This document shows, piece by piece, positions 39,810-51,596 of a DNA stretch of 64,000 nucleotides. Source of the stretch: Takakia lepidozioides. Taxonomy: Eukaryota > Plantae > Bryophyta. Position numbers and translations under genes: made by a program. Where the stretch lies: contig CM060731.1 in assembly GCA_030704615.1 (NCBI GenBank), positions 1,674,001 through 1,738,000 of the forward strand. The letters are read 5' to 3'. Position 1 is the first letter of the stretch; each line of letters begins with the position of its first letter. Below the pieces are notes generated by a model that had not been told where the DNA came from, made no database searches, and saw nothing but the letters and a program-made list of their open reading frames with translations.

Positions 39810-40832
39810 GGAAATTCGGCACCGCATTCCATTTTCTCCATGAAGCGATTTCTGGCAGCTCCCTTTCCTCCGTTGTCGTCGTAACGGAAATGCTGTACAA
39901 CATTTCATTTCCTGACATGGCATTACCATACTTCGAATTTGAAATGCGGCGCCGCATTTCCATATTCGACCTTGAACTATCCAAGCATGTCCAGTCGCTA
40001 ATGCTTGTCCATGTCCATACTTGAAATGCGGCACCGCATTTCCATGTCCGTCATCAAAATTTCGTACCGGACAATGAAATGCGGCACAACATTTCCAGAG
40101 AGCACAATGGAATGCGGTGCCGCATTTCCGTCGAAGGGTCTGGAATTGGACAAACAACGATGGAAGTTCTGGAAATGCGGCACCGCATTTCCATGTCTGT
40201 CATCAAAATATCAAATCGGACAATGGAATGCGGTGCCGCATTTCCGTCCATCAAGACGGAATGCCCACACGGGTCTGGAATTGGCCAAACAACGATGTCT
40301 GTTTTGGAAATGCGGCGCCGCATTTCCCATGTTGGGCAATTGAAAGTTTTTATAGGACAATGTAAGTTTTTATAGGACGATGGAATGCGGTGCCGCATTT
40401 CCATCAAAGGGTCTGGAATTGGGCAAACAACGATGTCCCTTTTGGAAATGCGGCGCCACATTTCCATGTACGTCATCGAAATTTCTTATTGGACAATGGA
40501 ATGCGGTGCCGCATTCCCGTCTAGCATCATGGAATTGGGAGCCCAAGAACGTCGATGGGTCTGCAGTTGGAAAAATGTCAATCTCCAAAAGGTAAATGCG
40601 GCACCGCATTTCCATGTTCGACCTCCACATTTCGATTTACATCCATGGAAGGAGCTGGCAATCGGCAAAACTGCCGTGTCGGAAACGTTGTCCGAACAGT
40701 TTCTGATGTCCAAACCATGAAACGGAAATTTGTTCTTGCCCCGGTTTTGGAAATGCGGTGCCGCATTTCCAAACGAGGTTTTTGCAGTTGCCACATTTCC
40801 GTTCAGACATTGAAATGCGGTGCCGCATTTCA
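39810..40832. repeat. Palindrome array, GGAAATGCGGYRCCGCATTTCC, about 14 copies
   Basis: Starts at 39810, 39940, 40022, 40075, 40108, 40171, 40224, 40306, 40381, 40444, 40497, 40592, 40749, 40811. Confidence 0.95.
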
Positions 40833-40968
40833 GATTTTGGGAGGGACCAGGTTTGGACGATGTTGTCGTTTAGAAGCACATGGGAGAGGGGACATGAAGG
40901 ACGGGGAGAATTCCCTTTATATACTCTGGAATTGAATTTAAATGTACAAAGAGTTCATTAAAATTGTA

Positions 40969-43900
40969 TTAATCTTGAAAATCATCACTACTGTCGTCCT
41001 GTCCTTGACTGTCATGCTCCGCCTCCACCCCGTCATTGCCTTTCTCATCTCCAGCGGACTGGTCGTTGGCCAGGCTTTTGAAAATCCCATCTTCACCTTG
41101 CGGAACCGACCATCTCACCTCCGTTGGCTCGTCGTCCTCCCTGTCTGCATCGCTCTCATCCGCTGAATCACATATGAACTTTCGCACCCGTCTACCTACC
41201 TCAGCTGTTGCCAACTCTTTCCTTATCCTTCTGTCCTCCCTAGCCCTTTCCAAAATCTGCTCTACTTTACTGGGATTCTCACATCGTCTAATCGCTGTAT
41301 TTGCGAGTTTAGCTGCATAACTAGGAAGGGAGTAGTCCTTCACCGGGCTCGTCATGAAGTCGGCCCTCGCAAAGAACGGGACATTCTTTCTGGCAGGAAG
41401 TGTAGGCCCTACATGTTTCGACCCGGATCCTCCAATCCTGCACATAACAATCACCAACGAGACCAATGAGAACCACAGTCCGGATATGCGTTTGACAAAA
41501 AATCACACAGAAGGCTTTGCAAACTTATAATGTTTGGACTCACTCATATTCCGGGTTCTCCTCGGCATCAATGTCCACTGTCTCTTCCTCCGACTCCGAC
41601 GAATCCGAGGAGTCTTTGACTTCGATGGGAGCCTTCACATTCCGTTGCAGCCCTTCCAGATGGGATCCCCAGATGCCTGTGTCCTCCTCGTAGGCAAAGA
41701 GGTGCCGGTCGGAAAACCGCCCAGCCCACATTGAGGCACCTGTTACAATGCCATCCACACATTATGACATGGCCCTTCATATGTTGCGAATGAAAGCATA
41801 ACGAGAGTTTGCAGAAAAGCATACAACAAGATTCTGCATACCTGTCCCACAGATGAGGTCGAGCACTGTGCCCTCCACGTCAGTGCATGTCTCCATAATT
41901 GTCTGAATGAAGGCAGGGCTCCGAGTGCGTGAATACCGCAGGGGTTCAGTTGAAGTGAGGCTATGAGGGAGAAGTTCCGTGGGAACGTTGTTGAACAGGA
42001 CGTCATAATCGATGGGGTCGCAGTTCGGGTCAACCAACAATCCCTCCTTCCGGAAAGCAAAGGTGGAGTTCTCCTTCACAAAGCAGTATGCATCAAATTG
42101 CTTCGTTTGCATACACAGTGGGGAACGATTAGAAATCAATGCGGCACCGCATTTCAAAACTCCCAAGAAAATGAAAGGACGAGTGCCAAGGTCGTAATTA
42201 CCTTCTTCCCTTCCGACCAAAGGCCCAATGTGTTGATGCACGTCCACTTCTTCTTCAGAATTGGGACGGCGCTCTTGCGGGTCCACTTCGCAATTCCTGT
42301 CTGCGTGTTTTTGCCTCTGCTCGCCAGGACAACCACACAGCCTCTGTCGTCCAACACCATGCGGGCGAGCCCGAATCCTTTCTTCCAAAAGTCCTCGGAG
42401 TACCTGTTCCAAGATGGCAAAGCTTGCAGTCCTTCCACAGGCTCTCCGTCCGGAATATCCAAGATGATCATATCGCAAGACCACTCGGTGGCATTTCCGC
42501 CCCTCCTGCAATCCTTGTATGCACACACCCTCTCAAAGAACGAGACCATCTTCAGAAACCCGGGGGTGTCGGAAGGCTCTTCGGCAGCCGCCTTCTTCAG
42601 TGCTCTGCCCTTCGGACCCTCCATGGTCTTCATGTATGCCAACTTGGCTGCCCGTCCATCCAAAGCCGCCAAGAAACTCTCATTCACACACTGGACTACT
42701 GTATCGGGATCCACTTTCGGCCTCTTCATTTCCACCGGCTCGAAAGGGTGCCCCCCGGGGGGTTGAAGAGTGTCTTCTTTGCCGAGCCAGTTCTCGTCCC
42801 TCTCGTGACAATGGTGGGCACAGGGGATTTCGGCTGCGTCTCGGGGGGTGGGCTGGTTGCAAAGTCTCCATCGGAGTCCTCTTCCTCACCCTCTACCTGC
42901 ACTATCTGTTTCTGCTTCTTCGTTTTCTTGGGTGTCACAACTGCTGCTCCTTGCTGGCGAGTCCGCTTCTTGGACCCCTTCTGTTGAGCCTGCACAGCTG
43001 CATCCACCGTCTTCTGTGCCATCTCAGCTGCCTTTCTGGATTGTTCCAGAGCAGCAGCTTCCTTTGCCGACTCTGGCCGAGCAAGGACATGTCTTTCCTT
43101 TCTCTTCTCTTCTGCTTTCGCGTGCAGATCTTTCTCAGACTCGTCAACAATTCCGCCAGACATGTCCAGGTACCACGGGCATCCAACCTGCATCTCGGGT
43201 GTGTAGACACAGCTTGGGCCCGCCACGGTCCAAGCCATGAAGAACGGGGCTCTTGAGCCAGGGCCCCTGTCTGAAGAAGCACGTATTTCATATACCTGCA
43301 GGGCAGTCAGCATGCGAGAGCAAAATTGAGACCAACGTACTCGCAGAGTGCAACCGAAAACATAAAATGCGAATACGGTGCCGCATTTCCCAGACAAACC
43401 TCATTACCAGGCTTTGCATACAAGGACAGCTGGCTTCACCTGTAAACAATTCGCATTGCAGCTTTTCCCGCTCCTCCTGATGTGTAAACTCCACACTCCT
43501 TCTTGCTGTCTGTAGCTCCCTGGCGAAGAGGTTGTCCTTGTAAGCACATCTGAAACGTGTCACGTAGTCTTCCAATGTCTGTGTTCCATCCCATTTGACG
43601 TACAAGCCGAACGATTTTGTATGCATTACGACTTGCTCCTTCGCATTCGTCATTACCCGCGATTCCCACATGCATTGTCACGTAGCAGTTCAGGGAATTC
43701 ATTTCAGAAAAGCAACTCTGGGGAAGTACCTTGAATTACCTGGAACCACCAAGTCATGCGGTTGAGCCACACATCCACTGCAGGGTCGGAAACTTCGAGT
43801 GGAAAAGACCACATTGTCCTTATACTCTCCGATGCATTCCAGATCGACAGCCACCGTGTCTGCCATTTCCGATCCAATGTCAGGAGCAGGAAGAAGAGTG

Positions 43901-44783
43901 GCTATTGCTAGGAAGGAACTTTAGTGAATTGAAACATCACCTTCTCTTTCGTTTCAACACATGCCGTTGAGAGGTGATGCAGTTTCTCCAACTGCATGGT
44001 CGGCTGCATGGCCCGAGAATAGTGTTTTGCAATCTCGGGGATGAAGTCCTTTCCAAGTGCCGGATCTGCAATGGCCACCAGCTTCACAAGCTTTGACTTG
44101 TATTTCGTTCTGGACTTGACCCCGGCTTCCTTCAAGTGCTCAGTCAATGACTGCAACGTTTTGACCTACCCCTCACTTTCCATGAAGAAGCGTTTGGCAT
44201 GGGCCAAATCCAGCTTGATGTTTGACTGCCAACAAAAACATGCAAAAACGTTACATTCGATTCATGTGGAAAGATTACCGGAAATTGGGGAAGGATGAGC
44301 AGAGGGAAATGGGAGGACGACTTACTTCGTATATCACCTCCACCATTCCATCCATAGTGAGACGATACCATGTCCGGTCAGTTTTTGCCACGGCTTTCTG
44401 AATGAGCTCGGGCTCCAGCATTTCCGCGAACATGTGCGGATCAGTGAGACCAGTTTTCCTCACCCTGTTCAGCATATGTGCCATGTGGGTATGCACGTAC
44501 GCATTTTCAGTGACCCTGCAAGGCACACTCTCCAGTTCAGTCCACGAAAGCACGGAAACAAAACAGATTGGAAACCGAAATGCGGCACCGCATTTCGAAC
44601 GTGCTTGGGAGGGTATGAGTATCTTACGAGTTGAGGTCCGCCATGGCATTCTTGAGCAAGGAGGAGTCTGCCGCCTTCACCTTGAGGATAACACACTCCA
44701 CCATGTAATGCCAGCCAATGTGCTTGGCATGGTTCTGCTTGATGTACTCCCACCAGACGAGAAGTCGGTGATTCCCGTCCCAC
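40969..44783 (-). pseudogene. Multi-exon ParB/Srx-like plus beta-class amino (N4C/N6A) DNA methyltransferase-like gene
   Basis: WDGNHRLLVW (ParB patch); CDMIILDIPDG (motif IV-like); LARMVLDDRGCVVV; RSPAFIQTIMETCTDVEGTVLDLICGTG/ASMWAGRFSDRHLFAYEED (motifs X-I-II); GT-AG introns; several stops and frameshifts. Confidence 0.75.
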
Positions 44784-45290
44784 GAGGCAATTGGTTGGGT
44801 GGGGGGTATTTTTTGCCGCAATTTCTGTGAGGTCGTTGCAGAATGCTCCCATAGGCCCTCCTTTGGCTTCCAGGATCATTTTATTCTACAAAATTAGCTT
44901 TTAGGAACTATTTTGACACCTACTCAAACCTACTTAACGGGGGAAGGGTTTAAAGTTACATCTTATTAGAAAACCTCGTTTAGTGTTGCTCCTTGTTCTC
45001 CAGCTTTCAGAGTTCATTGCAAATACCCACATACACGTCATGACCAAATATGACAGCATTGTAAATTTGTTTACAGGGTGAACTACTTCTTCCCCATCAC
45101 ACGAGTGTAAATGTGAAGTAAACGCTGCTCATGCAATTGAAATTGGTAGGTGCCGCACATGTGCATTGTGTATTAACAAAATTGGTGATCTACAAACTTG
45201 GCGGAATGCCATCACTGTGTTTTCCAACAATATTCAAGGTACAACAAAAATGCATATTGTATATGTACTACGCTGCTAGTCATTAAAAGC

Positions 45291-47200
45291 CTAGTCGTCA
45301 CTATCCGAGGACAAGGAATTTGATGCTGTGGCCTGATTTGCACTGCCAATTGCCAGAGCTTGCGACCGTGATCTTGTGGTCAATGAGGGGCCCAATGGCA
45401 TGTGATCAATTCTGGCCTGCATCCGCCTACTTCGCGGCGAAAGTTGACTTTCTTCTTCACTCTCATGACGTGGCGGAGGTGGATCGAGAACAAGTGCTCG
45501 GGCTGCATGCAAATCGGCAACGAGGCCGTCCACATCCGGCAATACAGCCCCCGAAACACGATGATAACGGTCTGTCCATAGTCGCCTCTATTTCTCTACA
45601 ACTGCCTTGATGGTACTTTTGAAACTTTTCAACTGCCTCTCGCGGGCCCTGTCCCTAATTATTGTGTCGTTTCGACGATAAGCCGCCTCGTACGCATCAT
45701 TCATTTGGCGTTGACATGTTATAGCATCTTCCAGTTCGGACAGCAACTAATGTCTCCAAATCGGTTGTCGGTCATACAATTCGTTCTCCTCCGGCACCCA
45801 TGGAACCTGTGGGAGCCGGATAAACCTGGACCTTCTTTGACTCCAATGCCCTCCCAGATTGCGGCAAAACTGCTCTCTCTCCCACCAATCTCGAATGCCT
45901 CCCGCACGTATGGTTATCTCCCAGTCAGATGTGACCCATAAATACTAGGGATCTTTGATGTATGTCGGGTTTCCGGCATGTATGCCATGCATCTCTCTGC
46001 CTGCATCCCATACCTTCTTGCCCCAATGCACACAATTCAGAAATGTGTATGGTAGCCCATCCAATCAGAGGTTGTGTCGATTATATTCAAAACCTATGGG
46101 CATCCGATCCTCCAAGCCCACCAGCTCATAGAAATGGCGATGGATTGGTGCACGACATTCTGGGCAAGCGCTCGTTCGCAAGGCTTGCGGGATAAAACAT
46201 ATGTCCACATGATCTAAGCACGTGACATCCCTCTGGGCCGTATGGATTCCTACACATCGAACAAACTATGTCATCTGATATCCATGACGGCAAAACGCCT
46301 CGTGGTATCTCTTCCCTCTGGGCCGGTTTGATGTGGCTGGTCATCCTTGTTGTGGTATCTCACTCTTCCTCTATCTCCAATTCTCAGTTTATGCTTCTGT
46401 TCGACCCCGAAATTCTGTGCTCACATCGATCGAACATAGAATCCACATCTGCCCAATTGGTATACCCGGCGAACACGCTTGATGCGATGAGGAGATCGTT
46501 ATACTTTTGCATGTTGGCATAAATGTTATCCACGCTACGATTCGACATGCGTGCGACACGTTGCAAGCCTGACAATGCCCGCTCTACCCGTGCTTCTCTG
46601 GAGGCCAAATGGGTCGCCCATTGTACCCAATTCTCCCAATCGCCATTCAATGGGACCCATGCCCAAATCTCCAGCGTTTTGGACAAGCGCCATGCAGTTG
46701 CCATGGCAATGTCCCGCTCCTTTGTAACGCGGTCGACATCTAATATCGGGTTCATCTCCGATTGAATAGTGACCCTCGAGTATTCCCCGGTTTCCAGTAC
46801 TGGTTCTTTTCATTTCCTCCTTCTTTCATCCGCAATTCGCTGTTCCTCAACCATGGTTTCATCGGCCACAAGGTCAAGGACGTCTGTAATTTCCTGAATG
46901 ATGAGGTCAATACTGCGATCGGGCATTGCAAATTCCGCGTCCATGTCCACGACGTTTGTTCGATCCTCATTGTGGACAACAATGCCTTCATTGTTTGGAG
47001 ACATGTCTTGCAATCTAGCTTCCAACTCGGCTATGCGCAGTGTTTGCCAGTCTGGTCGGTCTTATAGGGTCCTGATTCGCTGGTCTCTTTCCACCAGTTG
47101 TTCCTCTAATGTTGCAGCCGGTTGTATTTCGAACGTGTCCGGGATGTACTCCAATCGTATAGCAACCTTACGTTCCTCCTACTAGCAGTTTGTCAATTCA
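45291..47200 (-). pseudogene. Degenerate gene with a coiled-coil and a RING-finger-like motif, inserted in the ParB gene
   Basis: IVCSMCRNPYGPEGCHVLRSCGHMF (N-terminal half of a RING) among broken frames. Confidence 0.5.
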
Positions 47201-47604
47201 CTGGACGCAAGAGTATGACCTCCACGTACAACATGGCTGCCAAGGTGTATGGGATTTGACCCTTTAAGAAAGATTGACCCCACAATGTGCAATGCACCTC
47301 ATTCGCCCTATGCTAGAAATGCAAGTTCGTGCAAGACCTGGACTCTGCGTAATTGTTTCGGGTTTGCATGTCATGCCTATCCAAAGGCCACAATCGATTG
47401 ATGTGGTACCATTTCACGAATTTTTTGCATCTCGCCATCGGCCACCGGAACTCTTCCGGAACATCATCCCAGCCCTCTTCTGCTAGTGCTAGAGTCACCA
47501 TATACTTCCCAATTCAAGTCTTGCCTTGACCCTTTGACTTTCTTAAGGGGCGGTCCATATTCATTGGGGTCATCTCTTCCATGACGGTCATCGTCCTGGC
47601 CCTC

Positions 47605-47960
47605 TGTCATTCTGCAATCGTCAGGCAGGCACTTCCCGGAGATGTGGATAAGCTCAAGTTCGCATTTCGAGAAGGGTACCGTCTAGGTTCGCACAAAGAA
47701 CATCTTACCCGACATATGGCCGAAGTCGGGATCACCCTTCAGGATTGCCTCGAATTCGTCATTGCGAGTGTGCCAGTGGGTATCCCATGTTGACAATTCC
47801 TCCGCAGTGGGTCCAAGAGATTCGCCGTCCTTATTCTCAAGGGAAACGTAGAAGGCTGCTGAGGAGACACGACAAAAGAAGATGAAACGGCGGTGATGCA
47901 CCACTTGGGTTCGAAAGGGTTGGAGGAAAGTGTCTCCTCGTGGACTTTGTGTCATTACGA
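47605..47960. pseudogene. Rearranged 5' ParB-domain fragments of the copy-2 gene
   Basis: + strand 47605-47691 IVRQALPGDVDKLKFAFREGYRLGS; - strand 47859-47692 AAFYVSLEN...SGKMFFV; both match copy 1. Confidence 0.8.
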
Positions 47961-48119
47961 AATTCGAATCGTTCAGGATACGTCTGCCGTCCGAAAAACA
48001 AACATTATTATCCAACGGTTAGGCCGCGCCGCCTCATGCCACTTCAGTCGGATAGAGTGCAGACATGTGCCGCAATTCCGTTGCTCCACGTTTTCAAATT
48101 TGGAGTTGGAGTGAAAATG

Positions 48120-48979
48120 CGAATGCAGCGCCGCATTTCCGTTAAGTACCATCACGAAGCTACACATCCGTGCTTGTTGGAAGAAAATGCGGCACCGCAT
48201 TTCTGTTCCACCTTCACATACCTTAGTTGTTGAACGGAAATACGGTGCCGCATTTCCGTCCCACAGCTCCATGTATGAGATACAAAAGGGAAATGCGGCG
48301 CCGCATTTCCGTTCAGGAATGTCGAAACGTGCGATCCGGACGGAAATGCGGCACAACATTTCAGTTCCCGTGGTTCATGATTTTCAATCTGAACGGAAAT
48401 GCGGTACCGCATTTCCGTTCCCCCTTCACATACCTTAGTTGATGAACGGAAATGCCGTGCCACATTTCCGTTCGAGAAAGTATAGAGGTCTCACTTGAAC
48501 GGAAATGTGGTGCCGCATTTCCGGTCTGGAAAGTTTGAAGGTCTCACATGGATGGAAATGCGGCACCGCATTTCCGTCCCACAGCTCCAGGCCTCATATA
48601 CAAAACGGAAATGCGGCGTCGCATTTCCGTTTTAGAATGTCGGAAGTTGCGACGCATTTCTGTTCCCGCTGTTGACGATTTTCAGTCAGAACGGAAATGC
48701 GGTACCGCATTTCCGTTCTGTAGAGTATTAAGGTCTGACCCTGGCGGAAATGCGGTGCCGCATTTTCGTTCCAAAGCTCTATGCCTCACATACAAAACTG
48801 AAATGTGGCGCCGCATTTCCGTTTTGGAATGTCGGAAGGTGCGACTCCGATGGAAATGCTGTACCGCATTTCAGTTCCGATGTTTCACGATTTTTCATAA
48901 GAACGAAAATGTGGTGCCGCATTTCCGTTCTGGAGAGTATGAAGGTCTCACCCGGGCGGAAATGCGGTGCCGCATTTCC
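48120..48979. repeat. Palindrome array with a strict 53-bp period and a 4-unit higher-order repeat
   Basis: Starts at 48183, 48236, 48289, 48342, 48395, 48448, 48501, 48554, 48607, then after a 20-bp deletion 48693, 48746, 48799, 48852, 48905, 48958. Confidence 0.97.
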
Positions 48980-49278
48980 GTTCTAGTGCAGTTTGATGGT
49001 GATGTCCTTGTCGAGTTACCCCCTCCAACCTCAAACCTTGAGCTTATTATTTGTTGATCTTAACCACCACACTACCCACTGCTTTCTACAAACCTTTGAA
49101 ATAACTAATGTTTTATTTTTGTGGATATTTTATGTGTTTTGTGGGCCCCAACAAACTGGCTTGCCCAGCAGACCTAGCCAGTAGACTGAGTCCGACGGGT
49201 AGGGCGCGGCCACCCTCCATGACCCCCTCTGCCACACGCGGGCCCCGCCGCTGCCACACGCGCGCCATTGAAGACGCT

Positions 49279-50215
49279 ATCAATATATGTTTTGTTTTGT
49301 TTTTTTTGTTTTGTAGATTTGAGATGTCCCAAACGGCGGGCCCCACCTTGAGTACTTGGTACTATTGGAAAGCCCTCCGCGAGGAAGGGTGCACGGGCTT
49401 GATCTCATGACTTTTGGACTTGCGGTGTGGGAGATGTGGAATTTCAAGTACTTTTGGTCGCTGGAAATTCGCGAAAAATAGCAAAGTGGTCATTCCTGGG
49501 CACAATGGTTGGAGCCTCGAGAGGAGAGATATCAAGGGAAAGGTCTCCGGTTCAAATCTGGTCGTATGCTCTGTGGAAAAAAATGCATTTGGACTTAGAT
49601 GACATTGGTCCCTTGGACCAACGGCAGAGGCTACCCTAGAGGCCGCACTTGGGCCTCGACATAGGAGACACACTTGCATACATAGGAGATTGCACTTGGG
49701 CTTAGATGACACTTGACACTTGGGCCAACGGCACTGGCTACCCTAGTCAATATATGAAGCAAGACGTTTGTTTTGTTTTGTTTTGTAGATTTGAGATGTC
49801 CCCAACCGCGAGGCCCCAGCCGTGGTGCTTGGTCCCGTTAGAAAGCCCTCGACGAGGAGGGGTGCACGGGCTTGGTCTCATAATTTTTGGACCTGCGGTG
49901 TGGGAGATGTGGAATTTCAAGTACTTTGGGTCGCTAGAAATTCCGAAAAATAGCAAAGTGGGAATTCCTGGGACAATGGTTGGAGCCTCGAGAGGAGAGA
50001 TATCAAGGGAAGTCTCCGGTTCAAATCTGGTCGTAGGCTTTGTGGAAAAAAAAAGCATTTGGACTTAGATGACATTGGACCCTTGGGCCAACGGTAGAGG
50101 CTACACTAGAGGTTGCACTTGAGCCTCGACATAGGAGACGCACTTGCATCCATAGGTGATTGCACTTGGGCTTAGATGACACTTGACACTTGGGCCAACT
50201 GCACAGGCTACCCTG
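49279..50215. repeat. Two-copy tandem duplication of a ~470-bp non-coding unit, probably a non-autonomous TE remnant
   Basis: 49279-49746 resembles 49748-50215 (TTTGTAGATTTGAGATGTCCC...GAAAGCCCTC...GACACTTGACACTTGGGCCAAC). Confidence 0.85.
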
Positions 50216-51596
50216 GTTATCTTTGAATGAGAAGCTTTCTGTCCCATCAGCTCTTTGTGTCCCATGGACATTATGAGCTAATATCTTCCCTGCCTACTTC
50301 CTCCCCTTTTCCACACATCCTCTCCTTTTTCCACATTTTGTTGCCAGTCATCCTTGGTGCATCCTTGGTGTGCATTCTAACAATTTTCAACCTTCACTTT
50401 CCATGTCTCGTGATGGCATTTCATCCACCACACCACAGCTTGCTCCAAAGCACTGGGCCACCCCTCTTTCAAACGCTACCTACACCACCTTGCTCCAATC
50501 ATTCATTTGGTCAGCTATAGGTTTTTTGTCCGATCTCGTGCGGAATTAAGGATTCGAACCCGGTATCACCCGCGCTGCAGTGCGGTGAAGCAAATGCTCC
50601 GGGATGCCCGCATTTTGGTCGGTGATGGTCTCCTGGAACCTTCCAATTCCGACGCGTGGCACCCCAGGACGCAAATCAGAACACGTGCCACTCCTGCCAC
50701 CGCTTTAATTGTACCGATGTGGCATTTCGTGGATGACTTCTGTTGATACGGACGCAGAATATGCGCAGCGTCTCGGAACGGCCCTTGGGTGGGTTCGAAC
50801 CCAAGACCACCTCCGTGAAGTGTCCTACTTGCGAAACCTAGTCCACAAACCTCGTGGGCTCTGCCGAACCTACGAAATCTTCGCCGAACCTGGCACAGCG
50901 TCGCTCTTAATGTGTCCACGTAGTGGCCACGTGGAAAGCCACATGGGGAGCGCAGTTAGTCACTTACCTTGGAGAAATATGCTCATCGTGTATTTAATGT
51001 CACTTCATTCTCTTACAGGTGATGCCCTTTCTAGTGTGTACAGACCCACTCAGGGATTTGAGCCCAGGACCAAGTGCTGGGTGGGAGATAGCTAGATCCC
51101 GAGGCAGCGCGGTTGGGCTGCGATAAATGGTGGCGATGCCGCGTGTGCGTCACTCCGGATGGTCGCTGCGCTATTCCTAGGGCTTTCGACAACTGCGTGT
51201 TGGTATTGGTCGGGACAGAGTTGCTAGCGAGGGAGAGCGGGTGAAAGAAAAGAGGGCTTGTGTTGCAAGATTGCGAGACGGGTCGTGTGTGAGCGTGTCG
51301 TAGCTGGATTGTGTGCAGATGAGGGTGGATAATGAGCATGCTGTTTGGCTGCTTTTGTCTCTGTAAGCGGAGTCTTGCGGCTTGCCAGTGGAAGGATTGG
51401 AGGTGCGATACCGTCTCGGCATTGGGCATGGTTGATCTCCGGTAGTGGTAATTGGGTGTACGTCATATGCGATTTGCGGCGAGAGGTGACTAGAAAGTGA
51501 TCAATGATCCGGTGTGGGCTATTTTTCTTTCGTAAGAGAAGTCGGGGGAGGGAGGAGGGTGGTGCAGGTTGGGATGCATGAAAAGGGGCGGATTGG

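Larger units (their letters stand above)
37367..48979. mobile_element. MULE-like element, copy 2 (related subfamily; left TIR present, transposase half missing)
   Basis: TIR 37367-37434, paired ORFs, two arrays of GGAAATGCGGCGCCGCATTTCC and a ParB-MTase gene homologous to that of copy 1. Confidence 0.7.

Noticed and set aside
40969-44783. Bacterial or phage contamination as the source of the ParB-MTase gene
   Set aside because: The gene has spliceosomal introns, a diverged homologue in copy 1 and is embedded among plant TEs
48183-48979. CRISPR-like array (22-bp palindromic repeat with ~31-bp spacers)
   Set aside because: Spacers recur as a 4-unit higher-order repeat, the repeats are degenerate, no cas genes are present and the context is eukaryotic
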